This document shows, piece by piece, positions 1 to 10,244 of a stretch of DNA of 64,000 bases. The stretch is from Candidatus Sericytochromatia bacterium (lineage in GTDB: Bacteria > Cyanobacteriota > Sericytochromatia > S15B-MN24 > JAQBPE01), in contig JAKFEW010000043.1 in assembly GCA_036675505.1 (NCBI GenBank), positions 3,228 through 67,227 of the forward strand. The letters are read 5' to 3'. Each line of letters starts with the position of its first letter. The stretch's first letter is position 1. A program made the translations under genes and the position numbers. The notes beneath the pieces were generated by a model that did not search any database, had not been told where the DNA came from, and was given only the letters and a program-made list of their open reading frames with translations.

Positions 1-479
1 AGGGCACCTCGTTCGCGAAGAACCTCGACGAGCGCCCCGACTACGTGCTGATGAACGGCAGCGTCGGCGCGCTCACGGGCGAGCGCGCGCTCAAGGCGAA
101 GGCCGGCGAGACCGTGCGCATCTTCTTCGGGGTGGGCGGCCCGAACCTCACGTCGAGCTTCCACGTCATCGGCGAGATCTTCGATCGCGTCTACGCCGAG
201 GGCGCCACGGAGTCCGTCACCAACGTCCAGACGACCCTCGTGCCGGCCGGCGGGTCGGCGATCGTCGACTTCAAGGTCGACGTCCCCGGCAACTTCGCGC
301 TCGTCGATCACAGCCTGGGCCGGCTCGAGAAGGGCAACGCGGGCATCCTGACCGTCGAGGGCGCAGAGCGGCCGGAGGTGTTCCAGGCCGGCGCGAAGGC
401 CGACGGCGGCCATGCCGACGCGCCCGGCCAGGGCGCGGCCGGGCACGGCGAGATGCCGGGGGGCGGCCACGGCGATTAA
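1..479 (+). CDS. nirK: Copper-containing nitrite reductase NirK, C-terminal part (5' end lies outside the window)
   Basis: The frame is open from the window edge. The translation ...[51 protein letters not shown]...ALVDHSL matches the NirK cupredoxin core. It ends with an extra His/Met/Gly tail ([24 protein letters not shown]). Confidence 0.85.
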   Translation, partial: GTSFAKNLDERPDYVLMNGSVGALTGERALKAKAGETVRIFFGVGGPNLTSSFHVIGEIFDRVYAEGATESVTNVQTTLVPAGGSAIVDFKVDVPGNFALVDHSLGRLEKGNAGILTVEGAERPEVFQAGAKADGGHADAPGQGAAGHGEMPGGGHGD

Positions 480-647
480 GGTCAACGTCAGTAATACGAA
501 GGCGCTTAGGTTAACGAAGGCGGAGTTGCGTGCGGGTGGCGCTCGCGATCACCCAGGACGCGGAACCCGGCTTCTGGATTGAGCAAGAAGAACTCGCTCA
601 CGGCTCGGCCATCGGCACCTCCTTGATGGGGCGCGGGAGCTCAGCGT

Positions 648-1673
648 TTAGCGGAGGCTGCTTTTGCCCTCCGCCACCAGGAGTTGAGGCCGCCCCGTCA
701 GGAAGGCGCGGATGACCGCAAGGCTCGTCGAGACGAGCCGGTCCACGCTTTCGCGCGTGAGGAAAGCGGAATGGGGCGTCATGATCACGGTTTCGTGCCG
801 CAACAGGGTGTAGCAAAAGGTGAGCTGGCGAATCTGCCGTTCCGAGAGGGGCTTATGCAGGAGCTGCGCCTCGTCCTTGAGCAGTTCCTCACCCTCGAAC
901 GCATCGAGCCCGGCCCCGGCGATCCAGCCCTCATGCAATGCCTCGCAGAGCGCTTCCGAGTCGACGATCGCGCCCCTGGCGGTGTTGATCAGGATCGCCC
1001 CACGCCGCATCTTGCGGAAGGCCTCGCGGTCGAACATGTGATGGGTCTGTGGCGTGAGCGCGGCATGGACCGAGACGACGTCTGACTCGCGGAGCAGCGC
1101 ATCGAAGGGGACGTAGTGGAAACCCTCACGCTCGGCGAGCTCCGGCGCCTCGCGGGGGTCGTAGGCGATCGCATGCATGCCGAACCCGCGCCCGATGCGC
1201 ATCGCGTTCACGCCGATACGTCCCGCACCTATCACTCCCAGCGTCTTGCCCTGAAGGTCGATGCCCAGGAGGCCTTCGAGCGAGAAGTCCATGCTGCGGG
1301 TTTTGCGAAGGGCCACCGCCAGCTTCTTAGCGAGCCCCAGCAGGAGCGCGAAGGCGTGCTCTGCGACCGTATTCTCGCCATAGGAGGGTACGTTTGCGAC
1401 GGCCACGCCGAGCCTGCGGCAGGCCTCAAGATCAACATGGTCGAAGCCCGACGAACGCGTGACGATGAGCTTCAGCTTCGGCAACTTGGCGAGCACGGCC
1501 GCTGTAATGCGCGAATATATGAATACCGAAACGACTTCAGCATTCGTGGCCATCTCCAGCGTGCTTTCGTCGAGCGCCTCCACGAAGGTACGACTCTCGG
1601 CCCCCTCGAACCGGGCCGCCTCGATTGTCGAGCGCTCATAGGGCGCGACCTCGTAAAATGCAATCGTTTTCAT
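648..1673 (-). CDS. D-isomer-specific 2-hydroxyacid dehydrogenase, NAD-binding (LdhA/SerA-like)
   Basis: ORF 648..1730 was trimmed to ATG 1673, which has GAGG 6 nt upstream; the upstream gene stops at 1681. Motifs seen are LKLIVTRSSGFDHVDLEA, the Rossmann GKTLGVIGAGRIGVNAMRI, RGAILINTARGAIVD and TPHSAF. Confidence 0.85.
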   Translation of the reverse strand: MKTIAFYEVAPYERSTIEAARFEGAESRTFVEALDESTLEMATNAEVVSVFIYSRITAAVLAKLPKLKLIVTRSSGFDHVDLEACRRLGVAVANVPSYGENTVAEHAFALLLGLAKKLAVALRKTRSMDFSLEGLLGIDLQGKTLGVIGAGRIGVNAMRIGRGFGMHAIAYDPREAPELAEREGFHYVPFDALLRESDVVSVHAALTPQTHHMFDREAFRKMRRGAILINTARGAIVDSEALCEALHEGWIAGAGLDAFEGEELLKDEAQLLHKPLSERQIRQLTFCYTLLRHETVIMTPHSAFLTRESVDRLVSTSLAVIRAFLTGRPQLLVAEGKSSLR

Positions 1674-1680
1674 GCTTGCC

Positions 1681-2805
1681 TCAGTTCTGGCGCTTGGGGA
1701 CGGAGGCCTTCCACTCCTCTGAGGAAGCATGCTCCGGCGCGAAAGGCGAGATCTTGAGCCGCTCCTGCGGCAAGAGCAGCTCTTTCGTTACGCCCAAGGT
1801 CCGGTCCGTCTTCTCGATCGAGGCCATCGGCTCATCCTCCAAGCGAGTGAGCGCGCGAATCGCGTCAATGTTCTCCGGCACCACGATTGCCTCGTTGTGT
1901 ACCTGATAAACCATGTGCAGATCGCCCTCCGCAATCGTGACGATGTCGTGCCAAAGCGCCACCTCCCACAAGTCGTTGCGGGGGCGCTCGAGGTCGCGGA
2001 CGATCTCGAGCACCGAGTTCAGGCCTTTGACGCCCATGGCCGCCTTGACCATCGCGATGCGCGGTGCCGCATGCAGCGCCTCCATGATCGCCTCCGGCGC
2101 CGGATCGCCCTGGAGTTCGACGATCGCCGTATGGAGGTGGCTCAGATTGACGGGCGCCGCGACCGCGACCACCGTGAGTGGCAAGTCGCGTATCACGTTC
2201 CTGGCGTCCGGGCCCTGATGGCTGGGGATGACCTCCTCCGGCACAGCGGTATTGATCATGCCGTTGTGATGCGATTCCCAAGGGTCGGTTGCGCGCCGCA
2301 TGATGACGCATCTGGCCCGTTTAACCCAGCCCATGGCGTGCAGTGCGCCCAATACCCGGCACAGCGCCGTCGTATTGCATGAAACCACCCTGGCAGCTTC
2401 CCTGCCGAGCGCCTCCCGATAGTTGGCCTGAGCGACGAACGAGAGACCCGTCAATTCGTGCTTCTCACCGCCCTGGAAAATCATCTTCACCCGCGCTCGC
2501 TCGTAGATAAGTTTGTTCCTAGCTCCTACATTCTTCGGTGTGCAATCGACGACGACGTCCGCTTCCTTGAGCAAGTCCTCGAGTTCGCCTCTTACGGGGA
2601 GGCCGGCGGCCTCCATCGCCCGGCGCGCTTCAGACGTCGAGGCGAAGAGCGGATAATCTCGCCGAATGGCACCCTGGATGCGGTAGTCCGCGTTCACGTC
2701 CGCGACGCCCGCGAGCCCCATGTCCGGCTGGCGCATCACCGCGTCCGCCACGCGCTTGCCGATCACGCCGTAGCCATTGACCGCCACCTGAATCCGCTCC
2801 GACAT
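1681..2805 (-). CDS. gap: Type II (archaeal-type) phosphorylating glyceraldehyde-3-phosphate dehydrogenase
   Basis: ORF 1681..2820 was trimmed to ATG 2805, which has GAGGGGG 5 nt upstream. VAVNGYGVIGKRVADAV, VVDCTP, IFQGGEK, the catalytic VVSCNTTALCR, IPSHQGPD, RPRNDLWE and HNEAIVVPENIDAIRA are collinear with archaeal class II GAPDH, not bacterial GapA. Confidence 0.8.
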   Translation of the reverse strand: MSERIQVAVNGYGVIGKRVADAVMRQPDMGLAGVADVNADYRIQGAIRRDYPLFASTSEARRAMEAAGLPVRGELEDLLKEADVVVDCTPKNVGARNKLIYERARVKMIFQGGEKHELTGLSFVAQANYREALGREAARVVSCNTTALCRVLGALHAMGWVKRARCVIMRRATDPWESHHNGMINTAVPEEVIPSHQGPDARNVIRDLPLTVVAVAAPVNLSHLHTAIVELQGDPAPEAIMEALHAAPRIAMVKAAMGVKGLNSVLEIVRDLERPRNDLWEVALWHDIVTIAEGDLHMVYQVHNEAIVVPENIDAIRALTRLEDEPMASIEKTDRTLGVTKELLLPQERLKISPFAPEHASSEEWKASVPKRQN

Positions 2806-3170
2806 TGTGCCCCCTCTCAATTTGCTGGACGACCTTCCCGATCGTGGTCTGGAAACGGCCCCCCAGGCAATAAGGAAGCATCCCAGAACCTGGGCGAGTC
2901 GCCGAGCCCCCAGGAACCCCGAGACCGTGAGCTGCCAGAGGCAGCCGAGGGGGGCCGCTCAGGCCCGCGGCCGGACGATTCCGGCGACGGCCAGCGCGAA
3001 ACCGACGAGCGAGGTACCGGCCACTTGCGGCCCCACTTCGGCGGCCATCAGTCAGGCGCCCGCCATGATTGCCGCGGCGGCGGCGAGGTCGGGGAACGGC
3101 GGCCGTGCGAGCCCTGGCGGGCATTGCGCCATTTGCCCATCCCGCGGCGTCGCCTCGATCGCGGCGGGCT

Positions 3171-4127
3171 TCATGGCGAGAGGTCTTCGCCGAACCCGCG
3201 TCGGGCGAGGCCGAGGCGGGCGCGGCGCACCTCGGCGAGACAGGCCTCCGGACGCTCGAGCGGCAGGTGGTGGCCCGCGCCGGGCCAGGACGCGAGCGTC
3301 GCGCCGGCATGGCGGCGGGCGAGCCGCGCAAGATGCGGGCGATCCACCATGTGGTCTTCGTCGCCCGCGACCATGCGCACGGGGACGGCCGCCGCGGCGA
3401 GCCAGCGATCGCCCTCGGCGGCGAGCAGCACGCGCTCCATCGACTCGAAATACGACGCGGCGGAGTGGGCGAGCGAGTCGGCCACGAGCGGGGCCGGCAT
3501 CATGGGAGCCGCCGCTCGGAAGAGCCGGGTCGTCAGGACCGGGTGGGTGTGGGCCCATTCACATGTCGCGCGCGACCACGGCGCGTCGAAGGCGAGCAAG
3601 CCGTGGAGCGGCCCGCCGCGCGCGAGACGGCGGCGGGCCGTCGCGGCGTCCGGATAGAGCGGCGGCGCGAGCGCCACGAGCCCCCCGACGAGCGCCGGGT
3701 GGCGGCTCGCCAGCCGCAGGGCGATCAGGGCGCCGAACGAGTGGCCGACGACCAGCACGGGAGCCTCGACGCGGTGCTCGCGCAGGCAGGCCGCGACCGC
3801 GTCCGCGTGCGCGTCGGCCGTGTAGCCCGTGGCCGGCCTGGGCGAGCGGCCGAAGCCGAGCAGGTCGGGGACGATCAGGCGGCCCTGGCGGGCGAGCTGG
3901 TCGAAGGTGGCGCTCCAGTAGCGGTTGGAGCCGGTCAGGCCATGGAGCAACACGACCGCCGGCGCGCGCCCGCCCCCCAGATCGCGCGCCGCGAGCGCCC
4001 CGCCGTGGAGCCGCCCGGCCGGCGGGGCCCAATGGAGCGCCGACGCGGCGGCCGCGGGCGCGTTGAGCGCCAGGATGGCCGGGAGAATGAGCGTGCCGAG
4101 GCGGCGCACCCGCGATCGCCGCCGCAT
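3171..4127 (-). CDS. Secreted alpha/beta-fold hydrolase
   Basis: The N-terminus is signal-like (RRLGTLILPAILALNAPAAAA). It has the oxyanion VVLLHG and the nucleophile elbow VVGHSFGA. The ATG 4127 / GTG 4130 start overlaps the stop codon (4127-4129) of the upstream ATPase gene. Confidence 0.75.
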   Translation of the reverse strand: MRRRSRVRRLGTLILPAILALNAPAAAASALHWAPPAGRLHGGALAARDLGGGRAPAVVLLHGLTGSNRYWSATFDQLARQGRLIVPDLLGFGRSPRPATGYTADAHADAVAACLREHRVEAPVLVVGHSFGALIALRLASRHPALVGGLVALAPPLYPDAATARRRLARGGPLHGLLAFDAPWSRATCEWAHTHPVLTTRLFRAAAPMMPAPLVADSLAHSAASYFESMERVLLAAEGDRWLAAAAVPVRMVAGDEDHMVDRPHLARLARRHAGATLASWPGAGHHLPLERPEACLAEVRRARLGLARRGFGEDLSP

Positions 4128-6874
4128 CACCGCCGCCGCCCCCGCCGTCGCCAGAGCTTGCGCAGCTCGAGCCCGGCCAGCGGCAGCATGCCCATGGCCA
4201 GGAGCGCCGCGCAGTGGCCCCAGCCCATCGGCACGACCTCAAAGAAAGCCTGGAGCTGCGGCTGGTGGTGGTTCCAGGGCTGGAGCGCGACGCCGAGCGC
4301 GACGCAAGCCACCAGCTTCATGTTGGTGTGAGGGGGCAGCTCGAAGAGGGTCCTCTCGTCGCTGCGCGCGCCGAACGAGCGGAGCAGCTCGGCGTAGACG
4401 AGCACGGCGAAGGCGCTCGTGCGCGCCAGCGCCTCGCCCATCGAGGCGAGGACGTAGACATAGGTCCCGGCCACCGCCGACGCCGTGAGCACGCCCGTCC
4501 ACGCGAGCGTCGCCAGGAAGTCGCGGTCGGTCAGCTCGGCGCGCGGGTCACGGGGTGGGCGCCGCATCGCCTCGGGGTCCAGCGGGTCGGTGGCGAGCGC
4601 GAGCGCCGGCAGGCCGTCGGTCACGAGGTTGATCCAGAGCAAGTGGATCGGCGCGAGCGGCATCGGCAGGCCGACGATCACGCAGCCCGCGATGAAGAGC
4701 AGCTCGGCGGCGTTGCCGGCGAGCAGGTATTGCAGCGTCTTCTTGATGTTGGCGTAGACGCCGCGGCCCTCCTCGACCGCAGCCACGATCGAGGCGAAGT
4801 TGTCGTCGGCGACGATCATGTCGGAGGCCTCCTTGGTGACCTCGGTGCCGGTGCGCCCCATCGCCACGCCCACGTTCGCGCCTTTGATCGCCGGCGCGTC
4901 GTTGACGCCGTCGCCGGTCATCGCGATGACCGCCTCGTTCGCCCGCCAGGCCCGCACGACGCGCAGCTTGTGCGCCGCGCTGACGCGGGCGTAGACCGCT
5001 ATCCCGGGCGCGCGCCGGGCCAGCTCGGCATCGTCCAGCGCGTCGAGCTCGGCGCCGGTTAGCACGCCAGCATCAAGCGGGGTGCCAGTATCCTGGCTTG
5101 TCAGGCCGAGCTCGCCGGCGATCGCGAGGGCCGTCGCCGGGTGGTCGCCGGTGATCATGACGACGCGGATGCCCGCCTCGCGGCAGCGCGCGATCGCCGC
5201 CTTCGCCTCCGGCCGCGGTGGGTCCTGCAGGCCGACCAGGCCCTCGAAGGTGAGCTCGCGCTCGACCGCGTCCGCGTCCTCGCTCGCCACGAGGTCGGCG
5301 GGCAACTCGCGCGTGGCCGCGGCCAGTACGCGCAGCGCCCGGCCGCCCATCTCCGTGTTGGCGGCCAGGATCACGGCGCGGTCGGCGTCGCTCAGCGGCC
5401 GGACGCCGGTGGCGCCACGCACGTGGCTGCAGCGTTCGAGCAGCATGTCCGGCGCCCCCTTCACGAGCGCCCGGGCGGGGCCCGTGGCCGTCCCGCGGAC
5501 CACGGTCATGCGCTTGCGCTCGGGATCGAAGGGATGCTCCGCGAGGCGATCCGCCGGCGGGCCTGTGGCCGGCAGCTTGCCGGCGAGCGCCAGCAGCGCG
5601 CCCTCGGTCGGATCGCCGACGACCTCCCAGCGGCCGTCCGCCTCGCGCAGCGCCGCGTTCACGCAGCCCGCGAAGGTGGCGACGAGCGCCGCGGCGCGGG
5701 CCATGAGCGCGGCGTCCGGCGCGGCGCCCGCAGGCGGTGCGACCGCACCCACAGGCGCGTAGCCCTCGCCCGAGACGCCGAGCGGCGGCGCGTCCGGCAG
5801 CCAGAGCTCGCGCGCGGTCATCTCGCCGACGGTCAGCGTGCCGGTCTTGTCGGTCGCGATCACGTTCGTCGCCCCCAGCGTCTCGACGGCCGGCAGCCTG
5901 CGGATCAACGCGTGGCGGCGGGCCATGCGCCGGACGCCGATCGCGAGCGCGATCGTGACCACGGCCGGCAACCCCTCCGGCACCGCGGCCACGGCGAGGC
6001 TCACCGAGGTGACGAAGAGGCCGAGGAGCGGGAGCCCGCGGGCCAGCCCGAGCACGAAGATCAGCGCCACGATCCCCAGGGCCATCAGGACGAGCGCGCG
6101 CCCGAGCGCCGCCAGGCGGCGCTGGAGCGGCGTCTCCTCGTCGTGGGCCTCGGCGAGCATGCCGGCGATCCGGCCGAGCTCGGTCGCCATGCCGGTCGCG
6201 ACGACGACGGCCAGGCCGCTGCCGGTCGCGACGCTCGTGCCCGCGTGGACCATCGAGCGGCGATCGCCGAGCGGCGCCTTCGCGTCGGCGACGGGGTCGA
6301 CGCGCTTGCGGGCGGCGTCGGACTCACCCGTCAGCGCGGCCTCCACGCAGCCCAGGTTGGCGGCCTCGAGCAGGCGCGCGTCCGCCGGCACGCGGTCGCC
6401 GGCCTCGAGCAGGAGGATGTCGCCAGGGACGACCTCGGTCGCGGGGACCGCGAGGATCGCGCCCGCTCGCCGGACGCGGGCGCGGGGCGCGGTCATGCGT
6501 CGGAGCGCGGCGATCGCCCGCTCGGCGCCGTACTCCTGGTAGAACCCGATGCCGGCGTTGAGCACGACGATCGCCAGGATCGCGATCGCGTCGGTCCGCT
6601 CGCCGAGCCACCATGACACGCCCGCGGCCACGATCAGGATGCCGACGAGCAGGCTCTTGAACTGGCCCGCGAGGATGGCGAGCGGCCGGATCGGCGCGCC
6701 CTCGGTCAGGGCGTTGGGGCCGTGCACCGCCAGGCGGTGGCCGGCCTCGGCCGCGGTCAGGCCGTCCGAACCGACGCCCTGGCGCGCGAGCGCCTCGGCG
6801 GCGGGCAGCGCATGCCACGCGGGCGCATCGCCGCCAGGCGGGGAAGGGGTCGGCCGCTCAGCGATCGTCGGCAT
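4127..6874 (-). CDS. P2-type cation-transporting ATPase (PacL/SERCA-like, Ca2+/Mg2+ class)
   Basis: It has the DKTGTLT phosphorylation site and the TGDGVNDAPA hinge. TM4 VPEGLPAVVT and TM6 LWINLVTDGLPALAL are typical of P2 rather than P1B pumps. The start was set to ATG 6874 (AAGGAG 7 nt upstream); ATG 6901 is the longer alternative. The 5' end overlaps the cusA 3' end by 17-44 nt. Confidence 0.9.
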   Translation of the reverse strand: MPTIAERPTPSPPGGDAPAWHALPAAEALARQGVGSDGLTAAEAGHRLAVHGPNALTEGAPIRPLAILAGQFKSLLVGILIVAAGVSWWLGERTDAIAILAIVVLNAGIGFYQEYGAERAIAALRRMTAPRARVRRAGAILAVPATEVVPGDILLLEAGDRVPADARLLEAANLGCVEAALTGESDAARKRVDPVADAKAPLGDRRSMVHAGTSVATGSGLAVVVATGMATELGRIAGMLAEAHDEETPLQRRLAALGRALVLMALGIVALIFVLGLARGLPLLGLFVTSVSLAVAAVPEGLPAVVTIALAIGVRRMARRHALIRRLPAVETLGATNVIATDKTGTLTVGEMTARELWLPDAPPLGVSGEGYAPVGAVAPPAGAAPDAALMARAAALVATFAGCVNAALREADGRWEVVGDPTEGALLALAGKLPATGPPADRLAEHPFDPERKRMTVVRGTATGPARALVKGAPDMLLERCSHVRGATGVRPLSDADRAVILAANTEMGGRALRVLAAATRELPADLVASEDADAVERELTFEGLVGLQDPPRPEAKAAIARCREAGIRVVMITGDHPATALAIAGELGLTSQDTGTPLDAGVLTGAELDALDDAELARRAPGIAVYARVSAAHKLRVVRAWRANEAVIAMTGDGVNDAPAIKGANVGVAMGRTGTEVTKEASDMIVADDNFASIVAAVEEGRGVYANIKKTLQYLLAGNAAELLFIAGCVIVGLPMPLAPIHLLWINLVTDGLPALALATDPLDPEAMRRPPRDPRAELTDRDFLATLAWTGVLTASAVAGTYVYVLASMGEALARTSAFAVLVYAELLRSFGARSDERTLFELPPHTNMKLVACVALGVALQPWNHHQPQLQAFFEVVPMGWGHCAALLAMGMLPLAGLELRKLWRRRGRRR

Positions 6875-9800
6875 GGGGGGCTCCTTCCGGGACACGGGCA
6901 TCTCCGTCCGGGACCTGGCGATCGCGGTCCGGCGGACCCGGGTCGGCCGGCATGCCCAAGCGGGGCGCCGGCTCCTCGAGCCGGGCGACCCGCAGCGCTG
7001 GCCGATCGAGCTGCGCGCGCTTCAGCGTGGCGAACGCCGCGGGCAGCACGACGAGCACCATGATCGTGGAGGTGAGCAGGCCACCCACCATCGGCGAGGC
7101 GATCGGCCGCATGACGTCGGCGCCCACGCCGTCGCTGAGCATGACGGGCAGCAGCCCGAAGAGCCCCATGAACCCCGTCATCAGGATCGGCCGCAGGCGC
7201 CGCATCGCGCCCTCGCGTGCCGCGTCGTCGATCTCCTCGGCGGTGAGCACGCCGTCGGCGGCGCGCCGCGCGTACGCCTCCTCCAGGAAGGCCATCATGA
7301 CGATGCCGGTCTCGACGGCGACGCCCGCGAGCGCGATGTAGCCCACCCAGACCGCCACCGAGAAGTTGTCGCCGTACCAGGTCTGCAGGAGCAGCCCGCC
7401 CACGAGCGCGAACGGCACGGAGGACAGCACCAGCAGCGCGAGCGGCAGCGAGCGGAACGTCAGCCACAGCTGCCCGACGATGAAGACGATCACGAGCGGG
7501 ATCAGGACGCGCAGCCGGGCCTGGGCGCGCTCCTGGTTCTCGTACTGGCCGCTCCAGGTGAGCGTGTAGCCGGACGGGAGCGTCAGCTCGCGCGCGAGCT
7601 TGGCCTTGGCCTCGTCGACGAACGAGCCCATGTCGCGCCCGCGCACGTTGAGGAAGACGACCGAGCGCAGCCGCGCGTCCTCCGAGCTGATCATCGGGGG
7701 CCCGGCGGTGACCTTGAACGCAACGAGCTGCCCCAGCGGCACGAAGCCCCGGCGGGCGCCCGCGGGCGGCTGGGGCATGGCCGGGGCGGCCGGCGCGGCC
7801 CCGCCGTCCATGCCGCCCATGCCCCCGCCGCCCGGGGCCAGCATCGCGGCGGGCGCGGCCGCCATCCCGGCCGCCGCGCCCTGGCTCACGGGCACGAGGG
7901 CACGCTTGAGCGCCTCGAGGTCGCCACGCAGCTCGCGGGCGTAGCGGATGCGGATCGGCCAGCGGCGCCGGCCCTCGACCGTGGTCGCCACCTCCAGGCC
8001 GCCGACGGCCGCCTCGACGACCGCCGTCACGTCGGCCACGTTGAGGCCGTAGCGCGCGATCGCCGCCCTGTCGATCTCGAGGTCGACGTAGGTGCCGCCG
8101 ACCGTGCGCTCCGCGTTGAGATCCACCGCCCCCCGCACTTGCGAGAGCAAACCCTCCGCGCGGATCGCGAGCTCCTCGAGCACGCGCAGGTCGTCGCCGA
8201 AGATCTTCACGCCGAGGTCGGTGCGCACGCCCGTGCTCAGCATGTTGATGCGGTTGATGATCGGCTGGGTCCAGCCGTTCGCCACGCCCGGCATGCGCAA
8301 CTTGGCGTCCAACTCCGCGACGATCTGCGCCTTGGTCAGGCCGGGCCGCCACTGGTCGCGCGGCTTGAGCATGATGATCGACTCGAACATCGACACGGGC
8401 GCGGGGTCCGTCGCGGTATCGGCCCGGCCCACCTTGCCGAGCACCGAGGCCACCTCGGGCGTCTGCATGATCAGGCGATCCTGGATCTCGATCAGCCGCT
8501 TGGCCTCGGCGATGTTGATGTTCGGCACGGTGATCGGCATGAAGAGCAGCGAGCCCTCGTCGAGCGGCGGCATGAACTCGCTGCCGATGCGCATGGCGAG
8601 CGGGATGCTGGTGGCGGCGATCAGAACCGCCACGATCAGGGTCGGCATGCGCCAGCGGAGCGCGGCGTCGAGCACCGGCCGGTACAGCGCCTTGGCGGCC
8701 CGCACCGGCGGGATCTCGGCCTCGTCGCGCATCCGGCCCCTGAGCAAGTACGTGATCAGCGCCGGCACGGCCGTAACCGCCATGATCGCCGCCGCCAGCA
8801 GCGCGAAGGTCTTGAGCAGGGCGAGCGGGCTGAAGAGCTTGCCCTCCTGGCCGGTCAGCAGCAGCACGGGCAGGAAGGAGATCACGATGACCAGGATCGA
8901 GCTCACGATCGCCCGGCCCACCTCCTGCGAGCTCTTCGTCACGAGGGCGAGCAGGTCCTTGCCCTTCGGATCCTCACCCCGCTTGCGGGCCTCGGCGAGG
9001 TGGCGGTAGGCGTTTTCGGTCATCACGACGCCCGCGTCGACGAGGTCTCCCACCGCCAACGCCAGGCCGCCCAGGCTCATGATGTTGCTCGTGATGCCGA
9101 GCTGGGCCATCGGGATGAAGGCCATCAGCACCGCGGCCGGGATCGTCAGGATCACGACCAGCGCGCTGCGGAAGTGGTACAGGAACGCCAGGATCACGAG
9201 GCTGACGATCGCGATCTCCTGCCAGAGCGCCTCGCGCAGCGTGGCGACCGTCGCGCGGATCAGGTCCGAGCGGTCGTAGGCCGCCACCACCCGCACACCG
9301 GGCGGCAGGGCCCGCTCGACCTCGGCGAGGCGCGCCTTCACGCGGTCGATCACCACCTGGGCGTTGTCGCCGCGCCGCATGACCACGATGCCGCCCGCGA
9401 CCTCGCCCCGGCCGTTCCAGTCGGCGAGCCCGCGCCGCGGCGCGGGGCCCATCTGCACGGTCGCGACCTGGCCGAGCAGCAGCGGCACACCGCGGGCGTC
9501 GGTCCTGAGCACCACGCGCTCGAGGTCGCGCTTCTCGCGCACGTAGCCGCGGGCGCGGATCAGGAACTCCGCCCCCTGCGACTGGATCACGTCCCCGCCG
9601 ACCTCGAGGCTCGACGCCCGCACGGCCGCCGCCACGTCGGCGACCGAGACGCCGTGCACGGCCATCCTGCGCGGATCTAGGTCGATCTGGTACTGGCGTT
9701 GGAAGCCGCCGAAGCTCGCGACCTCCGAGACGCCCGGCACGCTCTGGAGCTGGAGCCGCAGGTACCAGTCCTGGATCGCGCGCAGCTCGCCGAGGTCGTA

Positions 9801-10244
9801 GCCCGGGCCCTCGAGCACGTACCAGAAGACATGGCCGAGCCCGGTGCCGTCCGGCCCCATCATGGGCGTGATGCCGGCCGGCAGCTGGCCGCGGATCTGG
9901 GCCAGGCGCTCCAGCACGCGCGTGCGGGCCCAGTAGGTCTCGACCTCGTCCTCGAAGATCACGTAAATCATCGAGAGGCTGACCCCCGAGGCCGCCCGGA
10001 CGGTCCTGACGCCGGCCAGGCCCTGGAGGCTCGTGACGAGCGGGTAGGTGACCTGGTCCTCGACGATCTGCGGGCTGCGGCCGGGCCACTCGGTCATGAC
10101 CACGACCTGGTTCTCGGAGAGGTCCGGCAGCGCGTCGAGCGGCGCCCGCCAGGCGGCCCAGGTGCCCCAGCCGACCAGCGCGAGGACCGCGATCAGCACG
10201 AGCGCCCGGTTGCGGATCGACCAGGCGATCAACGCGTCGATCAT
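6858..10244 (-). CDS. cusA: Heavy-metal efflux RND inner-membrane transporter, CusA/CzcA family
   Basis: ORF 6858..10988 was trimmed to ATG 10244, which overlaps the cusB stop (ATGA). It begins MIDALIAWSIRNRALVLIAV and has RND-length architecture (about 1128 aa). It carries a Gly/Met-rich insertion (AAGMAAAPAAMLAPGGGGMGGMDGG). Confidence 0.88.
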   Translation of the reverse strand: MIDALIAWSIRNRALVLIAVLALVGWGTWAAWRAPLDALPDLSENQVVVMTEWPGRSPQIVEDQVTYPLVTSLQGLAGVRTVRAASGVSLSMIYVIFEDEVETYWARTRVLERLAQIRGQLPAGITPMMGPDGTGLGHVFWYVLEGPGYDLGELRAIQDWYLRLQLQSVPGVSEVASFGGFQRQYQIDLDPRRMAVHGVSVADVAAAVRASSLEVGGDVIQSQGAEFLIRARGYVREKRDLERVVLRTDARGVPLLLGQVATVQMGPAPRRGLADWNGRGEVAGGIVVMRRGDNAQVVIDRVKARLAEVERALPPGVRVVAAYDRSDLIRATVATLREALWQEIAIVSLVILAFLYHFRSALVVILTIPAAVLMAFIPMAQLGITSNIMSLGGLALAVGDLVDAGVVMTENAYRHLAEARKRGEDPKGKDLLALVTKSSQEVGRAIVSSILVIVISFLPVLLLTGQEGKLFSPLALLKTFALLAAAIMAVTAVPALITYLLRGRMRDEAEIPPVRAAKALYRPVLDAALRWRMPTLIVAVLIAATSIPLAMRIGSEFMPPLDEGSLLFMPITVPNINIAEAKRLIEIQDRLIMQTPEVASVLGKVGRADTATDPAPVSMFESIIMLKPRDQWRPGLTKAQIVAELDAKLRMPGVANGWTQPIINRINMLSTGVRTDLGVKIFGDDLRVLEELAIRAEGLLSQVRGAVDLNAERTVGGTYVDLEIDRAAIARYGLNVADVTAVVEAAVGGLEVATTVEGRRRWPIRIRYARELRGDLEALKRALVPVSQGAAAGMAAAPAAMLAPGGGGMGGMDGGAAPAAPAMPQPPAGARRGFVPLGQLVAFKVTAGPPMISSEDARLRSVVFLNVRGRDMGSFVDEAKAKLARELTLPSGYTLTWSGQYENQERAQARLRVLIPLVIVFIVGQLWLTFRSLPLALLVLSSVPFALVGGLLLQTWYGDNFSVAVWVGYIALAGVAVETGIVMMAFLEEAYARRAADGVLTAEEIDDAAREGAMRRLRPILMTGFMGLFGLLPVMLSDGVGADVMRPIASPMVGGLLTSTIMVLVVLPAAFATLKRAQLDRPALRVARLEEPAPRLGMPADPGPPDRDRQVPDGDARVPEGAPHADDR

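Noticed and set aside
651-674. A GCGGAGG-N10-CCTCCGC hairpin near the nirK / dehydrogenase convergence point, considered as a bidirectional terminator.
   Set aside because: It lies inside the last codons of the dehydrogenase CDS (AEGKSSLR*). It is not followed by a U-tract on either strand.
2806-3170. A 365-bp GC-rich gap upstream of the GAPDH gene, examined for a small ORF, riboswitch or sRNA.
   Set aside because: Only a 29-codon hydrophobic ORF without an RBS and fragments of possible membrane-protein-like sequence were seen. No convincing conserved structure could be drawn by eye.
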